Position numbers and translations under genes: made by a program | Shown here: positions 58,793-64,000 of the stretch, piece after piece | Layout of the letters: the number at the start of each line of letters is the position of its first letter | Numbering within the stretch: position 1 is the first letter of the stretch | DNA from: Alphaproteobacteria bacterium | GTDB lineage: Bacteria; Pseudomonadota; Alphaproteobacteria; SP197 | Reading direction: 5' to 3' | Assembly (NCBI GenBank): GCA_964291415.2 | Contig: OZ219919.1 | Span: 1-64,000, forward strand | Length of the DNA stretch: 64,000 nucleotides | Notes under the pieces: generated by a model | What the model saw: only the letters and a program-made list of their open reading frames with translations | What the model was told of the DNA's origin: nothing | The model's database searches: none

Positions 58793-59236
58793 CTACTCTT
58801 CAAGGCCGCCGAACATCGACCGCGACACGGCGTCAATCAGATTGATCGCCCCCTGGGTGTCGGTGAAGAGATGACCGTCGCCGGCAACCTCGCCGGCGCC
58901 CGGGTGGAGGGACACATAATGGCCACCGAGCAGGCTCGCCGAGGCGATCGTCACGATGGTGTCGCGCGGCAGACTGACGCCGGGATCGATGGTCATGGCG
59001 ACCTTCGCCAGGTACCAGTCCGGATCGAGATCCAGTCCCGTCACCTGTCCGACCCTGATGCCGGCGATCCGCACATCGTCGCCGGTCTGCAGACTGCCGA
59101 CGTCTTCAAACTCCGCGTGAAAAACGGTGCCGGCCCCGTCGGCAACGTCCACCCTGTCATAGACAAAGGCCACGAAGGCCACGGCAACGACGATGACGGC
59201 GGCGCCGACGAGGGTCTCGAGTGCGCGTCCGCCCAT
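58793..59236 (-). CDS. mlaD: MCE-domain lipid asymmetry protein MlaD
   Basis: ETLVGA TM anchor, GSL..GDDVRIAGIRVGQV, LLGGHYVSLHPG, TQGA. Confidence 0.88.
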   Translation of the reverse strand: MGGRALETLVGAAVIVVAVAFVAFVYDRVDVADGAGTVFHAEFEDVGSLQTGDDVRIAGIRVGQVTGLDLDPDWYLAKVAMTIDPGVSLPRDTIVTIASASLLGGHYVSLHPGAGEVAGDGHLFTDTQGAINLIDAVSRSMFGGLEE

Positions 59237-59237
59237 G

Positions 59238-59615
59238 TCAGGAAGTTCCCGACTCTTCTTCCGGGCGCCATGCCTCGTAGTCACCGCGTGCCGACGCCCG
59301 CCTGCCGCCGCGCAGAAGGTGACCCTTCGGCAACCAGGCCTGTCCGGTACCGGTGAGATTGGGCTGGTGCTCCCTCTCCCACTCCCTGGTCTCGAGGGGG
59401 GCACGGCTCGGTGGTTCGTCGATGGTGCGATGCAGCCAGGCATTCCAGCCGGGCGGCACCCTGGAGGCCTCGGATGCGCCCCGATAGTACACCCAGCGCC
59501 GCCGCCACCGGCCTTCAGCCACGCCCCGTTCCTGATAGTAGCGGTTGCCGAACTCGTCCTCACCCACGGCCTCGCCCTTCAGCGTCGTGAAAAGCCACGT
59601 GCCGATCCTCGACAT
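59238..59615 (-). CDS. NADH:ubiquinone oxidoreductase subunit NDUFA12 (17.2 kDa) homolog
   Basis: VGEDEFGNRYY, RRWVYY, EASRVPPGWNAWLH, HQPNLTGT, DYEAWRP. Confidence 0.93.
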   Translation of the reverse strand: MSRIGTWLFTTLKGEAVGEDEFGNRYYQERGVAEGRWRRRWVYYRGASEASRVPPGWNAWLHRTIDEPPSRAPLETREWEREHQPNLTGTGQAWLPKGHLLRGGRRASARGDYEAWRPEEESGTS

Positions 59616-59764
59616 GCACAACTCCCGTCCGCATCATGTCGGCGTCATCATGCGCTTCCGGCAACGAAGAATCCAGAGACCTGAGGCACGGGTGACAGGT
59701 TGCAAGATAGAGATTGCCTGGGTTAGGTTTCCCTCGCCATCGACGAGATCCAGGATGACAACAC

Positions 59765-60100
59765 ATGATTATCTCCTCCGACAGCCAGAACGGCGTCACC
59801 ATTGTTTCGATCAACGGTCGCGTGGATGGTGCATCCGCCCCTGAACTGGAAGGCGAACTGTCCTCCAGGATTCGCGATGGATCCGTTCGTATCCTGCTCG
59901 ACTGCAACGAGATGAACTACATCTCCAGCGCCGGGCTGCGCGTCTTTCTCCTGGCGGCCAAACGGTGCAAGCAGGCCGGTGGCCTGCTGTCCATCGCGGC
60001 CCTGCAGCCATCCTGCAGGTCGGTCATCGAAATGGGTGGATTCCACACGATCATCGATTGCTACGACTCCCGCGACGAGGCGCTCGCGGCCAACGCCTGA
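59765..60100 (+). CDS. STAS-domain anti-sigma factor antagonist
   Basis: GRVDG...PEL, LLDC...YISSAGLRVFL (phosphorylatable Ser motif). Confidence 0.92.
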   Translation: MIISSDSQNGVTIVSINGRVDGASAPELEGELSSRIRDGSVRILLDCNEMNYISSAGLRVFLLAAKRCKQAGGLLSIAALQPSCRSVIEMGGFHTIIDCYDSRDEALAANA

Positions 60101-60111
60101 GCTATTGAGAG

Positions 60112-60768
60112 ATGCTGACATTCATCGAGGAAATCCTCCTTCTCACACTGGATGACGAGAACGGTTCGTTCCTGCCCATCCGTGACAACACGATGGACTA
60201 TGTGCTGGCGGGCGCCGCGCTGCTCGACCTCGCCTTCACCTACCGCATCGACACCGATCCCGAGCGCCTCATGCTCATCGACAGGACGCCGCCGGGAGTT
60301 CCGATGCTCGATCGCGTCCTGGACCGCATTGCCGGATCCGCCGAGGACAGGACCACGCGCGACTGGGTCGAGACCCTGGCCCGTGAAGAAGCCGAAAACC
60401 TGCGCGAATCCGCACTCGCCCGGCTGGTCGACCAGGGAATTCTCGAGGTCCAGGACAAGAAGTTCCTGTGGGTCTTCCGGGCCCGCCGCTACCCGGCCAT
60501 CGACGGCACTGTCCAGCGTGAAGTGAAGCACCGCATCGCCGGTGTCCTGCTGTCCGACGAAGTGCCCGACCCCCGGGACGTGGCGATCATCTCGCTCGCC
60601 GACTCCTGCGCCATCCTGCGCAGCATTTTCTCGGACCACGGCATGGATTCCCTCAGACCGCGTATCGACCAGGTCCGCAAACTCGATCTCATCGGCCGCG
60701 AGGTGGCCGGCACCATCGAGGAAATCGAACGCACCATGGCGATGGCCATGGCCCGCATTCCGCACTAG
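60112..60768 (+). CDS. GPP34 (GOLPH3/Vps74-like) family protein
   Basis: LTFIEEILLLTLDDENG, LAGAALLDL, LVDQGIL...KKFLWVF...RYP, PDPRD. Confidence 0.85.
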   Translation: MLTFIEEILLLTLDDENGSFLPIRDNTMDYVLAGAALLDLAFTYRIDTDPERLMLIDRTPPGVPMLDRVLDRIAGSAEDRTTRDWVETLAREEAENLRESALARLVDQGILEVQDKKFLWVFRARRYPAIDGTVQREVKHRIAGVLLSDEVPDPRDVAIISLADSCAILRSIFSDHGMDSLRPRIDQVRKLDLIGREVAGTIEEIERTMAMAMARIPH

Positions 60769-60937
60769 AGCAGCCTGTCGGTTGGAGTTGCGGGCACACA
60801 CCATTGCGCGTTGTCTCAACGAGCCCCGCGCAGGCAGGGCGAGATCATGTTGTTGAACGTCCTGCCGGATGCTAGAGATTCCTCTGCCCGGCAAACGGAG
60901 CCAATGAGCCAATCCACACGTGTCCAGGGAGCAGGTG

Positions 60938-62341
60938 ATGAGCGATGACGTCAAGAAGTGGGGTGACGAGGAGTTCTGGGGTATCGGCTACGAGTACGAC
61001 CCGCAGTTCTTCCTGACCGAACGGCAGCGGGAGATCCAGAAGGATCTCATCGAACTGTGCCGGACCACGCTCAGGGTGAACGCCGTCGAATCGGACCGCG
61101 GCTTCATCTTCCCGCGCAAGAATTTCGAAGCTCTCGCCTCCAAGGGCCTCCTCGGTCTCTTCGTTCCCGAGGAACTCGGCGGCATGGGCGAGAACCATGT
61201 CGCCATGTGCATGGTCGTGGAGACCGTAGCCCGCTACGGCTGTCCGTCGACAGCGATGTGCCTCACCATGCACTATGGCGCCTGTTCGGCTGCCCTCTTC
61301 CGCTACCACGACAACGACGCTCTAAGGGACATCCTGTCGCGTCTCGACCGCGACGTTCTGGTCGGAACCCTGTCCTACTCCGATCCCGAGACGGGCTCCC
61401 ATTTCTGGTATCCGGTCTCGTCGGGCGCCGAGGCGACCGAGGACGGCTGGAAGGTCACCAAGAAGGCCTCCTGGACGACGTCGGGCGGCTTTGCCGACTG
61501 GTACATCGTGCAGACCACGTCGCCGGATTTCGGTGGTGACTATTCGGATCTCTCCGTGTGGCTGATCCTGGCCGACGAGGTCGAGGCCGATGTCGCCGGC
61601 TGGGACGGCATGGGCATGCGCGGCAACCAGTCGGGAGCGCTCCTGGTGGACGGCGTCACCATCCCGAAGAACCGCCTCGTGGGCCCCAAGGGGGACGGCG
61701 CGGTCTCCAACGACGAGACTGTGGACCCGTTCTTCCTGCTGAACTCGTCGTGCTCCTGGAACGGCATTGCCATGGGCATGATCGATATCGCCAAGAGGCA
61801 CACGACCCGCAAGCGCCACGTCGACGTCGGCTTGCGGGTGTGCGACTACCCCACCATCCAGGACTACGTCGGGGAAGCGATCATCGGCACCAACGCCAGC
61901 CGGATGATGACGTTCGGTCTTGCCAAGGCCCTCGATGAACTCACCGGGAACTGCGACTGGTCGATTCACCGGAACCTGGAGGCCGTGCCCCGGGCCGATC
62001 TCCTGAACCAGCTCTGGCAGGTCAAGTTCCAGGCGGCCAAGAACGTGCACGAGGTGTCGGACAAGATGCTCCACGCCTGCGGCGGCACCGCCTACAAGGC
62101 CGGTCTCGGCATGGAACGACTCCTGCGCGACGCCAAGGCGGGCTGGGTCATGGGACCGACCAACGAAGTGCTCCGCCAGTTTGTCGGCAAGCACGCGCTC
62201 CTCGGCTTCGATTCCCTCGATTACTGGAATACGTCGATCAACCACCGGTCCATCGACAACGAGGTGAAGAAGATGTCCGCCGACGAGAAGAAGGCGCTGG
62301 CGGATCGCCTGCTCGAGGAAGCCGGCGCCGCTGCCGAGTAG
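60938..62341 (+). CDS. Acyl-CoA dehydrogenase-fold flavoprotein
   Basis: GLFVPEELGGMG, STAMCLTMH, YSDPETGSH, WDGMGMRGNQS, ERLLRDA. Confidence 0.88.
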   Translation: MSDDVKKWGDEEFWGIGYEYDPQFFLTERQREIQKDLIELCRTTLRVNAVESDRGFIFPRKNFEALASKGLLGLFVPEELGGMGENHVAMCMVVETVARYGCPSTAMCLTMHYGACSAALFRYHDNDALRDILSRLDRDVLVGTLSYSDPETGSHFWYPVSSGAEATEDGWKVTKKASWTTSGGFADWYIVQTTSPDFGGDYSDLSVWLILADEVEADVAGWDGMGMRGNQSGALLVDGVTIPKNRLVGPKGDGAVSNDETVDPFFLLNSSCSWNGIAMGMIDIAKRHTTRKRHVDVGLRVCDYPTIQDYVGEAIIGTNASRMMTFGLAKALDELTGNCDWSIHRNLEAVPRADLLNQLWQVKFQAAKNVHEVSDKMLHACGGTAYKAGLGMERLLRDAKAGWVMGPTNEVLRQFVGKHALLGFDSLDYWNTSINHRSIDNEVKKMSADEKKALADRLLEEAGAAAE

Positions 62342-62354
62342 TCCCTCCACACTC

Positions 62355-62387
62355 CTCGTCGACGCAAGTGTTCCTTCCGTCGACGAG
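62355..62387. repeat. 10-bp inverted repeat after the acyl-CoA dehydrogenase stop
   Basis: ctcgtcgacg-N13-cgtcgacgag; may lie inside the N-terminal extension of the next gene. Confidence 0.3.
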
Positions 62388-62459
62388 ATTCTCCTCCGGT
62401 ACGATGCCGGGGCAAGACTGCGACATTGCCGCCCTCTCGAGGGCGGCAGTTCCGCCACC

Positions 62460-63227
62460 ATGTCACTGCTCGAGATCGTCGACTCGGACGGCCGTCCGGC
62501 CCGCGTCGTGCTGCGCCGGTGCGGGCAGGCAAACCTGCGCGCCAATCCAGATGCCGCCCACGCGGAGTTTCACCTCCTGACGCACCTGGCGGCCCGCGGA
62601 TTGCCGGTGCCGCGGGCGCTGGCTCACGATTCTGCCTGCGCGACACCATGGCTGCTTCTGGAGTACCGCGACGGTGAGCCGCTCTGGCATCCATCGGAGA
62701 AGCACACCCTGGCGATGGCCGGTTTTCTTGCGGATCTGCACGCAATCGCACCCGGCGATGCACTCCCCTTCGTGCCGCGCCAGATCATGCCCGATGTTCC
62801 GGCATCCACCCTTCTCGATCTGCCGGCTGACCTCGACTGGCCACCTGGCGCGCCGGGCGCCCGCCGGCTGCTCCACGGCGACTTCTGGACCGGCAACGTC
62901 TTGTGGAAGGACGGCGGTCTGGCAGCAGTGATCGACTGGGAGGACGCCATGATCGGCGATCCCCTTGCCGATCTCGCGATTGCCCGTTCGAACCTCGTGT
63001 GGACACACGGCGCAGCGGCCTGTCGCGCCTTTACGGCGTCCTACCGCAACGCCATGGGCATTGACCCGCATCGCCTGTGGCTATGGGACATCCATGCCGC
63101 CACGACCATGGCGCCGCAGGCAGCGGACTACGCCGCTGACTGGCAGGATCTCGGCCGCAAGGACGTCAGCGAAGAGGTGATCCTCGAGCGGCTCCAGGAA
63201 CTCGTCGACGGTGCCGTGATGCCGTGA
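62460..63227 (+). CDS. Aminoglycoside phosphotransferase (APH/choline kinase) family protein
   Basis: GLPVP, LLHGDFWTGNVL, VIDWED, GDPLADLA; true N-terminus probably extends upstream of 62460. Confidence 0.88.
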   Translation: MSLLEIVDSDGRPARVVLRRCGQANLRANPDAAHAEFHLLTHLAARGLPVPRALAHDSACATPWLLLEYRDGEPLWHPSEKHTLAMAGFLADLHAIAPGDALPFVPRQIMPDVPASTLLDLPADLDWPPGAPGARRLLHGDFWTGNVLWKDGGLAAVIDWEDAMIGDPLADLAIARSNLVWTHGAAACRAFTASYRNAMGIDPHRLWLWDIHAATTMAPQAADYAADWQDLGRKDVSEEVILERLQELVDGAVMP

Positions 63228-64000
63228 TCAGGACCGCGGGCGTTCCTTCTTGGGATCATAGAAGGGGAAGGGCACCACGGTGGCCGGAATGCGCTTCTGG
63301 TGTCCGTCCATCTTGCCCACCTCGACCTCGTCACCGATCGAAGCATGGTTCACATCCATGCGCGCCAACGCGATGTTGCGATTGAGCAAAGGTGACCGCA
63401 TGCCGCTCGTGACAACACCCACCTGCGCCCGTGCCACACGTACGCAGTCACCGTGGGCCGCTGCCTCGTTGCCCTCGAGTTCCAGCCCGACAAGCTTGCG
63501 CTGGGGGTGGGCCTTGCGGCGCTCGAGAGCCTGACGGCCAACGAAGTCCTCCTCCGTCGTCTTCAGCCCCACGGTGAAGCCGATCCCGGCCTCGAAGGGA
63601 TCCGTCTGGTCATCGAATTCCTGACCGGCGAACACCAGGCCCGCCTCGATGCGCAGGAGATCGAGGCCATCAAGACCCAGGGGCAGGATGCCATGCGGCT
63701 CGCCAGCCTCGAACACGGCATCCCAGACCTCTTCGGCGTGCCGGGGATGGCACCACACCTCGTAACCCAGCTCACCGGTGTATCCCGTCCGCGACACGAC
63801 CACAGGCACGCCGTTGTGGTCGCCAACGCGACCGACTGTGAACCTGAACCAGTTGATCTCGTCGACACGCGGGTTTGCCGGTGCCGTCCAGATGATGTCG
63901 CCCAGAAGGTCGCGGCTGCGCGGCCCCTGAATGGCAAGGTTGTGCAGTTGATCGGTGGAACTGCGCACCAGCGCCCGCAACCCCCACTCCTTCGCCTTGG
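63228..64000 (-). CDS. tdm: Trimethylamine N-oxide demethylase, C-terminal GcvT-like domain (partial, runs off window)
   Basis: RSSTDQLHNLAIQGP, WFRFTVGR, SRTGYTGELGYE, RIEAGL, DQTDPFEAGIGF, GKMDGHQKR, YDPKKERPRS as in DUF1989-GcvT fusion Tdm proteins; N-terminal half not visible. Confidence 0.78.
   Translation of the reverse strand, partial: KAKEWGLRALVRSSTDQLHNLAIQGPRSRDLLGDIIWTAPANPRVDEINWFRFTVGRVGDHNGVPVVVSRTGYTGELGYEVWCHPRHAEEVWDAVFEAGEPHGILPLGLDGLDLLRIEAGLVFAGQEFDDQTDPFEAGIGFTVGLKTTEEDFVGRQALERRKAHPQRKLVGLELEGNEAAAHGDCVRVARAQVGVVTSGMRSPLLNRNIALARMDVNHASIGDEVEVGKMDGHQKRIPATVVPFPFYDPKKERPRS

Noticed and set aside
1-64000. CRISPR arrays, IS/transposases, integrases, tRNA/rRNA, riboswitches, defence systems
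   Set aside because: No repeat-spacer periodicity, transposase/integrase motifs or recognisable RNA signatures were seen by eye; an Rfam/tRNAscan run would be needed to exclude small RNAs.

Overview
GC-rich chromosomal DNA from an alphaproteobacterium, judged from the prfB-mrcA-amiC/rne and aroQ-accB-accC-aat-DUF2155-mlaD-NDUFA12 gene order; probably a marine Rhodospirillales-like organism (inference). It has four parts. (1) 1-28.5 kb: a catabolic/transport region for amines, amides and N/S compounds with no regulator genes. It holds an enolase-family dehydratase, flavin amine oxidases, PhyH and TauD dioxygenases, a Rieske oxygenase, two tandem hydantoinase/oxoprolinase B genes with a distant A gene, a Pot-type ABC system with a fused permease, and orphan solute-binding proteins. 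(2) 28.7-34.3 kb: a sulfite-oxidation module, with sat plus a metallophosphoesterase divergent from aprM-aprB-aprA. (3) 34.4-41 kb: a GH3 acyl-amido synthetase paired with a penicillin-acylase lipoprotein, next to MlrC, YdhR and DUF1989 genes. (4) 41-64 kb: mostly housekeeping genes including frameshifted prfB, then a STAS-GPP34(GOLPH3-like) pair, an atypical acyl-CoA dehydrogenase-fold gene, an APH-type kinase and the 3' part of TMAO demethylase (tdm). No rRNA, tRNA, CRISPR or IS element was recognised. Best leads: the GH3 + Ntn-acylase pair, the STAS-GPP34 pair, the 2xHyuB+HyuA set, a decayed soeA N-terminus with TGA at an Fe-S cysteine, and a GGT-like lipoprotein that appears to lack its nucleophile. 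All protein calls come from motif recognition by eye, not from database searches.
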